IMG/VR virus record: IMGVR_UViG_3300036888_000010
Span: 1 to 36,865 of that record
From: a virus
Lineage: Duplodnaviria > Caudoviricetes
Strand: one strand, 5' to 3'
DNA length: 36,865 bases
The position numbers and the translations under genes were made by a program. Below the pieces are notes generated by a model. That model ran no database searches. It saw only the letters and a program-made list of their open reading frames with translations, and was not told the DNA's origin. Shown here one piece after another: positions 7,671 to 18,319 of the stretch. The number at the start of each line of letters is the position of its first letter. Positions within the stretch are counted from its first letter, which is position 1.

Positions 7671-10600
7671 TCACTGGGTCTCAAGTAGTTGCGCTGATGA
7701 ATTTCCGCTAGTCACAATACCAAATGTGGCAACTACATTGCAGTCGGTTGGGGGCGTGGCTCCCGAATAGGTCGTCCCGCCGCTGCCACCGCAGCCGCTG
7801 ATCGATTGCAGGTATTGGTTTGCCGCCGGTGTTGCGGTGCAGGTATAGAGCGAGCCATAGGCGTGTGATCCAGAGCAGCCCGTCACGGTGCCGCCGCCGC
7901 CCGGCACTGAAACCGAGATTGTGTAGTTGTTGGGCGCGAAGTTTGCAGTAATCCCCGAGTCGGCTTCCAGATTAAATTGTACACAGGGAACCGTCGAACC
8001 CGAGCATCCAGCCGAACCAAGAGCGTTGCTCCAATCAACGAAAGAATATCCCGCTACCGGATTCGGAGTGAGAGCGCCGATGGGCGTGGCCGAAACATAG
8101 GTTCCCCCTACCGAGTTCGTGCCGGTGATGCTTCCGGTTCCCGCCGGGGATACGAGAGGAGTCCACATAAACGATTCAATGCCAAAGACAACCTGGACCG
8201 AGCACGTTGCCGCAGGCATCGTACCGGTGTAAGGCGGCGTCGGTGAGACTCCGCAACCGGTGACTGAATCCACAACCGATCCAGTTGCCGGAGCGACCGT
8301 GATCGTATAAGCGTCGCCGTAGTGCAGCGACGTTGCAGACGGTGTTGCTGTGCCCGAGCCTGTCCCGCTGGTCGTCGCGCCGAGCGTGTAGGAGGTCTGG
8401 GTGAAGTTGGCCGTAGCGGCCGAGTTAGCCGAGATGACGAACGAGGCACAGGGGTTTGTCGCACCGGAACATCCCGCCGATCCCGACACCGAGGACCAGT
8501 CATCAAAGGCATAGCCGGTCGCTGGGGTAGCGGTGCAGGCGCCAATGGTTGTTCCAGAGGTGTAGGTTCCTGCCGCGCAGTGCGTTCCTGCTAGCGTCCC
8601 ACTTGCTACAGGGCTAATGGTGGGCGTCCACGTGTAGCTGCCGCCGCCGGTCGGCGTGAACGTCGCCGTGAGGGTCGTATTGGCCGAGAGCGAGGCAACG
8701 GTGCAAGTCGAGGTTCCCGAGCAGCCGCCGCCGGACCATCCAGCGAAAGCGTAACTGGCCGCTGGAGTCGCCATGCAAGGACCAATAGTCGTTCCCGAGG
8801 TATAGGAGCCCGTATTGCAGTTAGGGCCGGCGACGTATCCAGAAGACACAGGAGATATGACCTGGGTCAAGGTATAGGTGACAGCCGGAAAGACAGCGGT
8901 TACAGAAGTCGGCCCGTTCATGTTGAACGTGCAAGAGACACCAGAGCACCCGGAGACTCCTGACCAAGTCGGCGTGCCATAGCCTGAGCCCGGCGTGGCA
9001 ACGCAAGTAATTGCCTTCCCATTTGGATAATTGCCAGAGGAGCAGGAGAGCGTCCCGGACCCGGAGGGTGAGACAGCGACGGTGAGCGCCGCAGATTGCC
9101 CTAGCGAAATCGCTGAGATGGACTCGTAGTCCGTTGTACTAACGGGTCCGAAGGTGAACGGTACGAAGGTTGATTGATTGAGAGCGCCAAACGCGCCGCC
9201 GTATTGGTTAGAGGTATCGATGTCGGCGGGAGTGGTCCATGGTCCTCCCGGCGCGGTTGGAGCCGGATTACCTTTCGCGCCCCAGACGAGCACGTAGTCA
9301 TTGCCTGAAAGGGTCGGCGCAGGCGCAGCGCAGGCTGTATTGCAGTTCGGGTAACCGATGGCCGTTGTACCGTCGAGAATCGCAGTTCCCGAACTGATGA
9401 TGGGCTGAACGATGTCGCAATCGAGGTTGCCCATCGTCGAAGTTGTGTTGAGTGTGATGCTGCCAGTCGTACTTCCACCGGCCGCACTGGCCTCGTAAGC
9501 GCCGCCGGAGAACATATATTTGCCGCCTGCTGTGGCGGGCTGAGTCTTGAAGAGAGCCGGCACATTGGCCAGCGCATCACCGGAGACGGCGTTGACGGTC
9601 GGCGCGGCCCCTTCGAGCCATCCCCACCAGACGAGGACCGCGGGCGAGCTGGGGGTAAGAGTCTTGGTCGCCGAGCAGGTCTGTGTTGTCCCGGCGCTCG
9701 ACCATGAAACAGAGAAATTCGGCGTCGATGTCGCCGTGGTCCAGAGTCCGCCTGAGATTCCTGTGCCGGTGAGTGCGACCGTCTGCTGGGAACCCGATGT
9801 GCCGCCTGAATTATCCGTAAAGGTCAGTATGCCGTTCTGCGCCCCGAGAGCATTCGGTGTGAACGTTACAGTGACGGTGCAGGACTGGCCAGCGGGGAGC
9901 GAATACGCGAAAGTCGATTGGCAAGTATTCGTCGCGACTGCGAACTCAGAACTGCTCGAAATAATGCTGGCAATGATGAGTGAAGCTGTGCCGGTGTTCG
10001 AGAGCGTAACCGTCTGTGGGCCGCCTGTGACCGTAATGACCTGGTTACCGAAAGCGAGCGTAGATGGAGAGACAGAAGCGACCGGCTGGGCTGGTGGGGG
10101 CGCGCCGCTATACTGATAGGCTCCTACATCCCACGCACCGCCTGCAGGCCGCGAGGTCGGGGCTGCTCCCGGAGAACTGGTGCTGTGCGTGGTTGCGTTG
10201 TAGGCGACACCGTAGGTTGTCGATGCCGCACACTTCGCCGCTGCATCTGTCAAAGTGGGGTCGCTGCCCGATGCCGATGAAAGCGCGGCGCAGAAGGTAG
10301 AAGTCTTGTTGGTTCCCGCGCCCACAGTCGGCGCGCTCCCAGATTGCGGCGCGTAGACGGGCGTGGTCGAGCTTGTATATCCTGCCGCGTTGGCCGCCGC
10401 ATTGGTCATCAAGATATTCGTTGCGGCGCTTCCCTGACCCGAGCAGGACGAACTGTAGATGCTGCCCACGTCTGAGGAGATGAAATGTATGTTCGCATCG
10501 GCGTAAGGTGCGCTGTACGGAGAAACACCGCAACTGATGTCGTTCCCGCCGCCAGCGATGTTCTGAAAGGTGTCGTTGAAGCGCGAGGTCGTGCCTTGGT

Positions 10601-11753
10601 TATAAGAGTTCGGCCCGTTGAATAGCTCCATCGGTCCCGCGTTCCAGACCACGTTATTGAACCAGTAGAGAGTCGCTCCTACTGGCGGAATAGGCCAGAA
10701 TCCTACATTGGTTGTGGGACCGGAAAGGTACAGGTTCTCGAAAAGATTGTTATAGATGGCGTATGCGTTCGCCGGGCTGGCCTGATCCGGGCCAACACTC
10801 TCCATGATATTCGAGTGACCGCTGTTGACGAAGTTATTGATGGTGTTGTCATGGAAGATGTGCTGCGTACGGGTGATGAACTGCGCGCCATCGTTGAAGT
10901 AGGAATAGGCAATCTCCCAGGCCCCGCCGTACATGAACTCCTGTTGCACCGGGTCTGAGTCCGCGCCGTCCACCACATCGAAGAGAAGCACGTCGCCGGG
11001 AGCCGATGGGCCGAGGGTGTAACCGGTCGGGAAGCCACGAAAGGCGCTCATGCATTGCGAATTGATGTCGCAATTCCCCGCTACGGTGAATTGGACATGA
11101 CTCCAACCATGAATATAAAGGTTGTAATAGAACGTTCCGGCGCTCGTCTCGTTGTAACTGACATAGATGGGGGACCAATTTGACGGGGTGGTACAGATGC
11201 CCGTCATTTCGAAGTTGTCGAGAATGTAATTTCCTACTCCTCCGCCGTCCCACATGTCGTTGCTTGGATGCGTGCAGGAACCGAGCGAGGTTGAAGTGGT
11301 TGCGGGGTTGTCCCACGTCAGGATAGGCCGCGCCCAAGACGAGCCGGAGAACCATGTCTGATCCACGCCGATATAGTTGGGATTGCCGCTCGTTCCGTTC
11401 CAACTCCAATCCCACGATCCGCCGGTATATGGCGAAGCTCCAGAATTGCCGAAGTGCCACGTATCGCCGCCGCGAAAGATGATGCCGACGCCGCCCGTAG
11501 GATTGAGTGCTGCTGCATTGCCTGTGGCCGCTGGCATACCTGGCGCGTGCAGCCACGGACTAGATTCGCTGGTGCCCGCATTCGAGTCCGATCCTGTCGC
11601 TGAGACGTAATAGCACGTTGTTACGCCAAGACTCGAAAGCGTGACCTGACTAAGCGGGCTCTGCCAGTTGATATAGTTCGCACCGGAGGGACACGAGGCG
11701 AACGCCAGCGGAGCGCAAAGCAGGAGAGTGACGAGTTGGAGGAGTTTTCTCAT
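7671..11753 (-). CDS. 1360-aa exported adhesin-like protein: signal peptide, beta-helix, Ig-like (choice-of-anchor D/ASPM-like) domain, six InlB B-like repeats
   Basis: MRKLLQLVTLLLCAPLAFA|SC; YYVSATGSDSNAGT-SPW and WDVGAYQY beta-helix flanks; SVSPSTLAFGNQ...VTLSNTGTASL...CTVTVTFTP; ATP..GY.F..W repeats; ATGA-coupled to the upstream gene. Confidence 0.8.
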   Translation of the reverse strand: MRKLLQLVTLLLCAPLAFASCPSGANYINWQSPLSQVTLSSLGVTTCYYVSATGSDSNAGTSESSPWLHAPGMPAATGNAAALNPTGGVGIIFRGGDTWHFGNSGASPYTGGSWDWSWNGTSGNPNYIGVDQTWFSGSSWARPILTWDNPATTSTSLGSCTHPSNDMWDGGGVGNYILDNFEMTGICTTPSNWSPIYVSYNETSAGTFYYNLYIHGWSHVQFTVAGNCDINSQCMSAFRGFPTGYTLGPSAPGDVLLFDVVDGADSDPVQQEFMYGGAWEIAYSYFNDGAQFITRTQHIFHDNTINNFVNSGHSNIMESVGPDQASPANAYAIYNNLFENLYLSGPTTNVGFWPIPPVGATLYWFNNVVWNAGPMELFNGPNSYNQGTTSRFNDTFQNIAGGGNDISCGVSPYSAPYADANIHFISSDVGSIYSSSCSGQGSAATNILMTNAAANAAGYTSSTTPVYAPQSGSAPTVGAGTNKTSTFCAALSSASGSDPTLTDAAAKCAASTTYGVAYNATTHSTSSPGAAPTSRPAGGAWDVGAYQYSGAPPPAQPVASVSPSTLAFGNQVITVTGGPQTVTLSNTGTASLIIASIISSSSEFAVATNTCQSTFAYSLPAGQSCTVTVTFTPNALGAQNGILTFTDNSGGTSGSQQTVALTGTGISGGLWTTATSTPNFSVSWSSAGTTQTCSATKTLTPSSPAVLVWWGWLEGAAPTVNAVSGDALANVPALFKTQPATAGGKYMFSGGAYEASAAGGSTTGSITLNTTSTMGNLDCDIVQPIISSGTAILDGTTAIGYPNCNTACAAPAPTLSGNDYVLVWGAKGNPAPTAPGGPWTTPADIDTSNQYGGAFGALNQSTFVPFTFGPVSTTDYESISAISLGQSAALTVAVSPSGSGTLSCSSGNYPNGKAITCVATPGSGYGTPTWSGVSGCSGVSCTFNMNGPTSVTAVFPAVTYTLTQVISPVSSGYVAGPNCNTGSYTSGTTIGPCMATPAASYAFAGWSGGGCSGTSTCTVASLSANTTLTATFTPTGGGSYTWTPTISPVASGTLAGTHCAAGTYTSGTTIGACTATPATGYAFDDWSSVSGSAGCSGATNPCASFVISANSAATANFTQTSYTLGATTSGTGSGTATPSATSLHYGDAYTITVAPATGSVVDSVTGCGVSPTPPYTGTMPAATCSVQVVFGIESFMWTPLVSPAGTGSITGTNSVGGTYVSATPIGALTPNPVAGYSFVDWSNALGSAGCSGSTVPCVQFNLEADSGITANFAPNNYTISVSVPGGGGTVTGCSGSHAYGSLYTCTATPAANQYLQSISGCGGSGGTTYSGATPPTDCNVVATFGIVTSGNSSAQLLETQ

Positions 11754-14197
11754 GGAATGCGCAATCCTGTGTCAGTCGTGGTCCCACAACTTCCAGCCGT
11801 GATAGTGAGTGCGCCAGCAGGTAGCGTTCCTGAAGTGGCGCAGCGATAGACAATATTCGTGCCCGAGTTAATGCCGACGATACGATTTAAAATAACCCAT
11901 CCACCAGCCGCGCGGTCAATCTCAAGGGGTGAATCGATATAAGCTCCAGCATCGGAATAAGCTTGAATTTCATAGTTTGAGCCTGCGTTGCTTCCGCTCT
12001 CAGAAGAGGCATTAGCGCGGGCTATCCAGCGAGGCAGGTTGTTTGTCTCGTACCAAAGATCGCGATTTTCTCCCGCCACCGAGGTCGTCAGGTAAGCGAC
12101 TGCGTTTGTGGCTCCAACTGACACTCCAAGGGTTCCACCTAGTCTGACGTTTCCCGTTACCGTCAAGGAATTAAGCGTCGCAGCCTTGCCAATGGCATTG
12201 AGATTTCCGTTATCAATAATGGTCGAGTCATAGGCTGCGGTGATTGAAACATCTGCGATGGTACGGCTTGCGTTCGTATTCACGATGTAAGACTGGTTGA
12301 CGTGATTGTTGATGGAGAACGATCCGCCCTGTCCGTCGATGAGATAGAGTCCGGTTGCAGCATCGATACTGATTGAGCCAGCCCCGTAGTTGTTAGTTAT
12401 CTGACTCCCCAAGATATTAGAGCCTGAATCGGCTAGAAGAAAATAGCCGCTCCCACTTGGCGGAGGTCCGGTAGCGCGGATGTTTGTAAGATTGTATCCA
12501 CCCATCGCCCCATTATAGATAACAGTATTGGGAATGATGTGAAAAGCAGCGTAGGTCTCGGAGAGTCCAGGTGCCCATTCAATCACAGTCCCGTCAAAGG
12601 AAATCTGGCCCTGCACCGATGCATCAGCCTGGATGATCTGTACGGCGTCGTTACCTGCTTTGAGATACCCGCCTTTGTAGTTTAGGGAGGTTGCAGCGCC
12701 TTGTTCAATTTGGATAGGAACTGCGGATGGAGATGACGACTGATCCTCAATGTCTAGGCCCGATAAGTCCATTGCAAGGCTCGTTGAGGCAGTCATGCCG
12801 CCAAAACTCAGATCGTCCGATTGGGAGAGATAGACAACGCGGAGAGCCCCACCACAGGTCTTGCGGATATAGGAACCTTTGTCAAACTGCAAGCCATCCG
12901 TCGCCACGCCATAGAACGAAGCTTCTGTTGCGCACCCGTAGATCGTAACGCCATGGAAGTGAATGTCGCTTCCTACCAGATTTGATGTTCTCCCCAAAGC
13001 CATAATGAAATTTGGTGGCGACGAGGAGTTGTCCGCTTCGAGACCGATATCCTCAAAATTCAGGTAACTGGTGCCGACGAGCTTAAATGCCGTTGCTCCA
13101 GATCCCGTGTAGTCTATGACTGTATCTTGGCCTTCCTCTCCTCGGATTGTACCGTGAGCTACCGCTCCAAAATCCAGAGTGCAACTAGTTTTGTAGACGC
13201 CCGTCTCCCAATAGGGGGCATACAAAGAACCTCCAGGATGAGCCGCGAGCCATGTAATTGCATTGGTTAGCGGCGTGCAGTTGTCGGTGGAACTGTCTGC
13301 TTTAGCATTGAAATCAGCGACCAGATTTTTTGTCAGCACTGGTGTTGAGACGCTGCTCGCAGTTATCACCGCCGGACAGCTTGCCTCCCAGTTCCCGCCG
13401 TTCGACCACACACGCAGCAATTGGGGAGACGCGAGCGAAACGGAACTGAAAAGGCCAGGCGGAGGGCATTCGTTGAAGATATTGGTCGATCCGGAGACGA
13501 TCGGCGCCAGAGTCCCCGATCCGACGGCGCTGAACGGAATCAGGCACTTCTCCGTATAAGCGGGCAGCGTAGCAACAGCCGCAGAATTCATGAGCGCGTA
13601 ACCGTTGCTCGTTCCGCATTGGGCCGTGAATGGCGCAAACTCCTGGATCTGGTCGCCGATGCCCGCCGCGCCCGCACACGAGATTCCAGGGCCGCCATCT
13701 GTAGGCCAACAATCATTGTTGGACCCCCCATTCGGAGCCGCGAGCCCATTGCCCGTCAATTGGCCTGAAAACACAGGATTGTTTAGCGGCGTTCCGGTTG
13801 AGGAGGCGTTTAGCGTAACGGTGGCAGAACCGCTATTCCACGTCTGCGCCTGCACCAGAATGAAGGTTGCAGAGCCTACCGCAACACTCCAGTTTCCGTT
13901 GGCGGTGATGGTGGAGATCTGAGTCCACGTCTGCGAGTTGAGGTTCTGATAGGTTGCGGTAGGAGAGCTGATCGAGACAACCTGAAGCGTTCCCGACCAA
14001 GTACCGGATACCGTGACGGTGATCCACGGCGCCGGGCCGGGGACACTGGTCTGCCCCAGAATCGGAACTTGCATGTAAACGCAGCTCCGCGCCGTGCAAT
14101 TCGATGCACTGGCGTTGATGGTGCCGAAAGTGCTGGTGTTTTGGGCGAAAGCGGCAATCGGCAGAAATAGCGCGAAAATGAGCAATCGTTTCAACAT
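11750..14197 (-). CDS. tailspike/depolymerase-like beta-helix protein with signal peptide (815 aa)
   Basis: AAGGTG RBS before ATG 14197; MLKRLLIFALFLPIAAFA|QN; pectate-lyase-3-like entry motif VADFNAKADSSTDNCTPLTNAI...LYAP...GVYK. Confidence 0.75.
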   Translation of the reverse strand: MLKRLLIFALFLPIAAFAQNTSTFGTINASASNCTARSCVYMQVPILGQTSVPGPAPWITVTVSGTWSGTLQVVSISSPTATYQNLNSQTWTQISTITANGNWSVAVGSATFILVQAQTWNSGSATVTLNASSTGTPLNNPVFSGQLTGNGLAAPNGGSNNDCWPTDGGPGISCAGAAGIGDQIQEFAPFTAQCGTSNGYALMNSAAVATLPAYTEKCLIPFSAVGSGTLAPIVSGSTNIFNECPPPGLFSSVSLASPQLLRVWSNGGNWEASCPAVITASSVSTPVLTKNLVADFNAKADSSTDNCTPLTNAITWLAAHPGGSLYAPYWETGVYKTSCTLDFGAVAHGTIRGEEGQDTVIDYTGSGATAFKLVGTSYLNFEDIGLEADNSSSPPNFIMALGRTSNLVGSDIHFHGVTIYGCATEASFYGVATDGLQFDKGSYIRKTCGGALRVVYLSQSDDLSFGGMTASTSLAMDLSGLDIEDQSSSPSAVPIQIEQGAATSLNYKGGYLKAGNDAVQIIQADASVQGQISFDGTVIEWAPGLSETYAAFHIIPNTVIYNGAMGGYNLTNIRATGPPPSGSGYFLLADSGSNILGSQITNNYGAGSISIDAATGLYLIDGQGGSFSINNHVNQSYIVNTNASRTIADVSITAAYDSTIIDNGNLNAIGKAATLNSLTVTGNVRLGGTLGVSVGATNAVAYLTTSVAGENRDLWYETNNLPRWIARANASSESGSNAGSNYEIQAYSDAGAYIDSPLEIDRAAGGWVILNRIVGINSGTNIVYRCATSGTLPAGALTITAGSCGTTTDTGLRIP

Positions 14198-14204
14198 AAT
14201 CACC

Positions 14205-15761
14205 TTAGAATTGTGAGGGAAGCTGGATCGGAACACCCTGACCCGGGAGCCCGAGCTGCTGCCGTTGGCGCAAGTATTGCATCATAGCCGCGCTTCTCTC
14301 GCCGGGAGTCATAGTCGGTGAGTATGGCACCATTCCAGGTTGAGCATAGGGCGCGCCTGCTTGTGCGGGCAATTGAAGAGCAGGGCCTGTATGGGGGGTA
14401 TATGGGCTGTAAAGGGCCGGTCCCGGCAATCTTACAGTTGGCGAAGTCGGCAAATCGGAATAGAAGTTTTGCAACTGGCGCTGAAGCTGATCCAGCTTCC
14501 CTCCGCGAACCATTCCTCCAACTTTACTCAAAGCCGGACCGAGGACACTGCCCCGCGTCAATTGCGGAGCACTCTCTATGGTGTTGCCGACGAATGTTCT
14601 GGCGTCGAACGGAGCATTGGCTTTAGCTTCGGCCGCAGCAAGGCGCGGTGTGGCTCCTTGTAGTGCTCCTTGCTGTTGAATCAAGCCCCCCTCTATCCTT
14701 TTGATTCCGCTAAAGTCCTCGCCAGTGGCTTGCTGCAATGCGTCGTAGTAGGCGTTCCGCGTCGAGTTCGCCATCTGGTGCACAAGCTCCGGGGTGCCCA
14801 CAGACTTCGCGTAGGTCGGATTTCCGCGCAGGGTCGTATCTTCGACGTTCATGTATTTGCGGAACTCATTGAGGCCATCGAGAGTGGTCACACCCGCAGC
14901 GCGCGCACGCAAATTTTGAATCGTATTCAGATCTTCCGGGTCGATAGCTTGTAATTGCGCCTGCGTGGGCATAATGGACCGCTGTATAGAGGTCGTATCT
15001 ACAGGCACGTTGCGCACCTGTCCGAGAATGGCATTATGCGACTGGTCAATAGCGGTTTGAGCCTGCCGGATGATTGCCTTGTGCGCCTGCAAAGCCGCCA
15101 CCGGATCATTGCCATTGATCGCTGCGACATCTTGCGGGTTCTGAGCGGCGGTGTCGCGGATGATCGAGCCAGTCTGTTTGGCGATATCTTGCGGAATAAA
15201 GTTTGGGTTGGCCCCCGCATTGCCTTCGGCTGTCACGGCGGCATGAGACTTCATTTGAGATTCGGTGAAATTCTCTCCGGGAACGAGCTTGGGAGAGCGA
15301 GACGGAATCGATTCTGCCGCATCCTCGACTTCCGCGCCTCCGGCACCCATGAGCGCCGCCTGGGGAAGCGCCGCGATAGCCTCACCGCCCGGATTCGAGA
15401 TGAATGGACGCACCATGTTCTCAGCCGGTGTTAGCGTGTCTCCTGTGGCTATTTGCCCGGCCGTCTGCGATAAAGCGGACAGAGTATCGATCGGATGGGC
15501 GAGCGGTGAGAACAGACGCACTGCGCCCGCCCCAAGATCGGCACCGGCCGACTTGAAGAATCCGCCAACCGAAGAAGTATCGAGCGGAGGCGCTTGCGCA
15601 GCGCTGTCAATCGCGCGGTGCAGGGGGTCTGTGCCGCGTAAGACCGAGCCCACACTCCAACCTGGAGGCGCCGGAGATTTCTCGATCAATCCGGCAGAGA
15701 GATCAACGCTTCCCGCTTTCGGTACCATCCCCGCCGAGAGATCGACCTGAGACGTCGCCAT
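14205..15761 (-). CDS. putative DNA ejection (internal virion) protein
   Basis: TAATG-coupled start at 15761 (MATSQVDLSAG); A/G/Q-rich helical; third of three genes after the GNAT. Confidence 0.65.
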   Translation of the reverse strand: MATSQVDLSAGMVPKAGSVDLSAGLIEKSPAPPGWSVGSVLRGTDPLHRAIDSAAQAPPLDTSSVGGFFKSAGADLGAGAVRLFSPLAHPIDTLSALSQTAGQIATGDTLTPAENMVRPFISNPGGEAIAALPQAALMGAGGAEVEDAAESIPSRSPKLVPGENFTESQMKSHAAVTAEGNAGANPNFIPQDIAKQTGSIIRDTAAQNPQDVAAINGNDPVAALQAHKAIIRQAQTAIDQSHNAILGQVRNVPVDTTSIQRSIMPTQAQLQAIDPEDLNTIQNLRARAAGVTTLDGLNEFRKYMNVEDTTLRGNPTYAKSVGTPELVHQMANSTRNAYYDALQQATGEDFSGIKRIEGGLIQQQGALQGATPRLAAAEAKANAPFDARTFVGNTIESAPQLTRGSVLGPALSKVGGMVRGGKLDQLQRQLQNFYSDLPTSPTVRLPGPALYSPYTPHTGPALQLPAQAGAPYAQPGMVPYSPTMTPGERSAAMMQYLRQRQQLGLPGQGVPIQLPSQF

Positions 15762-17326
15762 TACGGGATCACCTGATATCCCTGCTGCTGCGCTGCCGCC
15801 TTGGCTGCGTTCGGATCGCCCTTTGGATTTGCAGCGCGCCATGCCCCCAGACTAAATTGATGCGTCTGCGGCGTGGGTGCAGCGGCGGGGCTAGCGTTTT
15901 GAGTGGGAGGATTGACCTGCACGGGCTCAACGGGCTTAAACTTCGCGCCGTATGTCTGATTTATTGTGGAAAGGTCATTCTCGTATTTGGCCTGAGACCC
16001 GCGCTGCATCACATCCTGCATCTGAGCCATGTCGCTCAGTACAGAGGTGGGGAACGACCGACCAGTGAGAGCGCCTCCGAGATGCCCCTGCAATCTCTGC
16101 AGCCACGAGCCCCCCCCGTAATTCTGAATCTCGGCCATATTGATGCGGTGGACGCCCTGCGAAGTCGTAATTTGCAGCGCGCCCTCTTGAGGGATGATCT
16201 TGTAGGAAACCACGTTCCCGCTCTTCGCAGCGGCGAGCATCTGCTGAAGCGTCTGCGTGACCGACTGCGCCTGAGCATAGTCCTCCCCTGCTTTCGTTGC
16301 GGCTGCTGTCGCAGGTGCAACCAAGTGCGGTGGGACCATCGCAAGGGCGGCATCGCTGCCCCGCGCCGCTTGGGCTTCTACGTTGGCGCGTGCCGCGCCC
16401 TCGGCGGCCGCGACCTGGACTTTCCCCTGCTGAATCTGCGGATTCGTTTGCATCCTTACCGCCTGATTCACTTCTCCCTGCTGAATCTGCTCAGCGCCGG
16501 GAGCGGTCCCCATAGCGATGGATGCGGCCGACGGCTCGTAGAGCGGGCTATTTGGGTCAGTTTTCCCTTGCGCGTTCTGGAAGGTAATCTTTTTTTGCGC
16601 GGCATCAAGAAGTTGAGCATAGCCGCCCAGGCTTTTAGCTTGGATTTCTAACTGCTGCCGCGCCTGCCCTGGATTCTGCTGCGCAAGCGTTGCGAGTTGC
16701 ATGGCCTGTTGGACGTGTGATGGGTCGAAGAGGCCATTGTGAGAGAGTTGTTGCGCTGTCTGTTGTATCGCTTGCGGCAATTGCGCGTCTGGAGTGTTCA
16801 GCACTCCATTCATCGCATCGACGATCATGCCGTTCTTGGTCTTCATCGTTTCGGCATTCGAGGTTCCAGCCCGCGCGTCATCCATCGCAGTCTCGGCGGC
16901 CTGATTTTTCAGCTTGGAAACATACTCTGTGAGTGGCTGGATAGCCTGGGCCGACGCTCCGTTTTTCATCGCCAGCGTGATCAAATCGTCGTAATTCGGC
17001 AGCGCACTGGAAGAGCCAGAGGAAGGTGCGGCAGCGGATGTATCGCTCGCCGACGCCGCGCCGGTTGCCGGGGATTGAGGAGCGCTTTGCATCTTTACCC
17101 ATTGCTGATACGACGCCTGCATCGCTTTTGCATCATTGAGTTGTATCTGGGTCTTCTGATTCTCCATCGTGCCAGCCTGCACCTGATTTTGGAGCGCGGC
17201 TTGCCGAAGCGGTTGCTCCTGCATCTGGTTACGAATACCCATCATCTCAGCATATTGCTGAAGCGGGTTCGCCTGCGTTGGGATGGGCGGTTTTACGTCA
17301 AGAGCCGGAAGAGGGATGGTTGCCAT
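15761..17326 (-). CDS. putative DNA ejection protein
   Basis: 521 aa, Q/A-rich helical; position typical of P22 gp20-like proteins. Confidence 0.65.
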   Translation of the reverse strand: MATIPLPALDVKPPIPTQANPLQQYAEMMGIRNQMQEQPLRQAALQNQVQAGTMENQKTQIQLNDAKAMQASYQQWVKMQSAPQSPATGAASASDTSAAAPSSGSSSALPNYDDLITLAMKNGASAQAIQPLTEYVSKLKNQAAETAMDDARAGTSNAETMKTKNGMIVDAMNGVLNTPDAQLPQAIQQTAQQLSHNGLFDPSHVQQAMQLATLAQQNPGQARQQLEIQAKSLGGYAQLLDAAQKKITFQNAQGKTDPNSPLYEPSAASIAMGTAPGAEQIQQGEVNQAVRMQTNPQIQQGKVQVAAAEGAARANVEAQAARGSDAALAMVPPHLVAPATAAATKAGEDYAQAQSVTQTLQQMLAAAKSGNVVSYKIIPQEGALQITTSQGVHRINMAEIQNYGGGSWLQRLQGHLGGALTGRSFPTSVLSDMAQMQDVMQRGSQAKYENDLSTINQTYGAKFKPVEPVQVNPPTQNASPAAAPTPQTHQFSLGAWRAANPKGDPNAAKAAAQQQGYQVIP

Positions 17327-18318
17327 TAGAATGCCCCTCCACTCGCCATGAGGTTATTAACCTGATTTGCATCCTGCTGGCCCTGTCCGCCGCCTAGGAG
17401 CTGCTGAAGCATGAGCATATTGGAGAGGCTCCCTCCGGCTCCGGACAGCGCCCCTTGCCACGCATTCGCGCCGCCCACGTAGCCGGAAGCCGTAGCCTCC
17501 GCAGCATTGTTCAGCCCCTGGCCGATCTGCTGGCCGGTATTGGTTAGGGTGTTCGCCATCTGCCCTGCGCTCTGAAGCCCCTGACCGCCGAGTGTCTGCG
17601 CAGTAGTCTGACCCATGCCAGCGACTCCAGCAAGGCGGTTGTAGGTATTGGCCTGCTGGTTAGCCCACGTGTTGTAATTCGTCTGGTAAGTGTTCAGCGC
17701 TTGGTTGTAGACGTTATTGTAGTTCGTGTTCGCATAGTTCTGCGCGTAGTTGTTGAGCGCCTCCTGTGTGCCGCCCGTGAGGAGTGAGCCATTCGCCGCC
17801 GCACCGGCCTGTTGAGCCTGTTCACCCTGCTGTAGCGCGAACTGGTAGCCGGGGGTAGCCTGTGCCTGCGCCGCCGTAGGAGCCTGGAACGCTCCACCGG
17901 AATAGGGGGCGAGCAACGATCCGTAGGCACCCAAATTTGTGTTAGCGGTACCGCTTAATCCCTTGACGGTCGGCACCGAGACCGAGCCAGAAACCCCCGG
18001 AATGCTTAAATTGGTGTTCCCGGTCGAAAGGCCTCCGCCGCCTTGACCGCTGGCTCCGCCCTGACCCAAAAGATAGTCGAGGGACGCCATTGCATTCGTG
18101 CCAGACTGAAGATACGGCTGATCGAGCGCCAGCGAATTGCCATACATCTGCGACTCAAGCCCGAGCGATTCCTGCCCGAGCCCAGCTTGAAGCTGTGCAG
18201 ACTGTTCTGCAGCTTGCGCTTGAGTAGAAGCGGCCTTTTCAGCGGCGTTGCTACCGATCAGCCCTCCAAACAGGCTGCTGACCCCACCAATACCCGCCCC
18301 GAGTGCTAAACCTGACAT
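17326..18318 (-). CDS. DNA ejection/pilot protein (P22 gp7-like position)
   Basis: Gly-rich hydrophobic N-terminus, QATPGYQFALQQG motif, G/Q/N-rich. Confidence 0.75.
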   Translation of the reverse strand: MSGLALGAGIGGVSSLFGGLIGSNAAEKAASTQAQAAEQSAQLQAGLGQESLGLESQMYGNSLALDQPYLQSGTNAMASLDYLLGQGGASGQGGGGLSTGNTNLSIPGVSGSVSVPTVKGLSGTANTNLGAYGSLLAPYSGGAFQAPTAAQAQATPGYQFALQQGEQAQQAGAAANGSLLTGGTQEALNNYAQNYANTNYNNVYNQALNTYQTNYNTWANQQANTYNRLAGVAGMGQTTAQTLGGQGLQSAGQMANTLTNTGQQIGQGLNNAAEATASGYVGGANAWQGALSGAGGSLSNMLMLQQLLGGGQGQQDANQVNNLMASGGAF

Positions 18319-18319
18319 A

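Noticed and set aside
14318-17329. Numerous + strand ORFs opposite the ejection genes (and similar ones throughout the late operon)
   Set aside because: Antisense shadows typical of GC-rich coding DNA; no motifs or RBSs
18230-18318. Hydrophobic N-terminus of the 330-aa ejection protein as a sixth signal peptide
   Set aside because: Gly-rich with no basic N-region; typical of pilot/ejection proteins rather than Sec leaders
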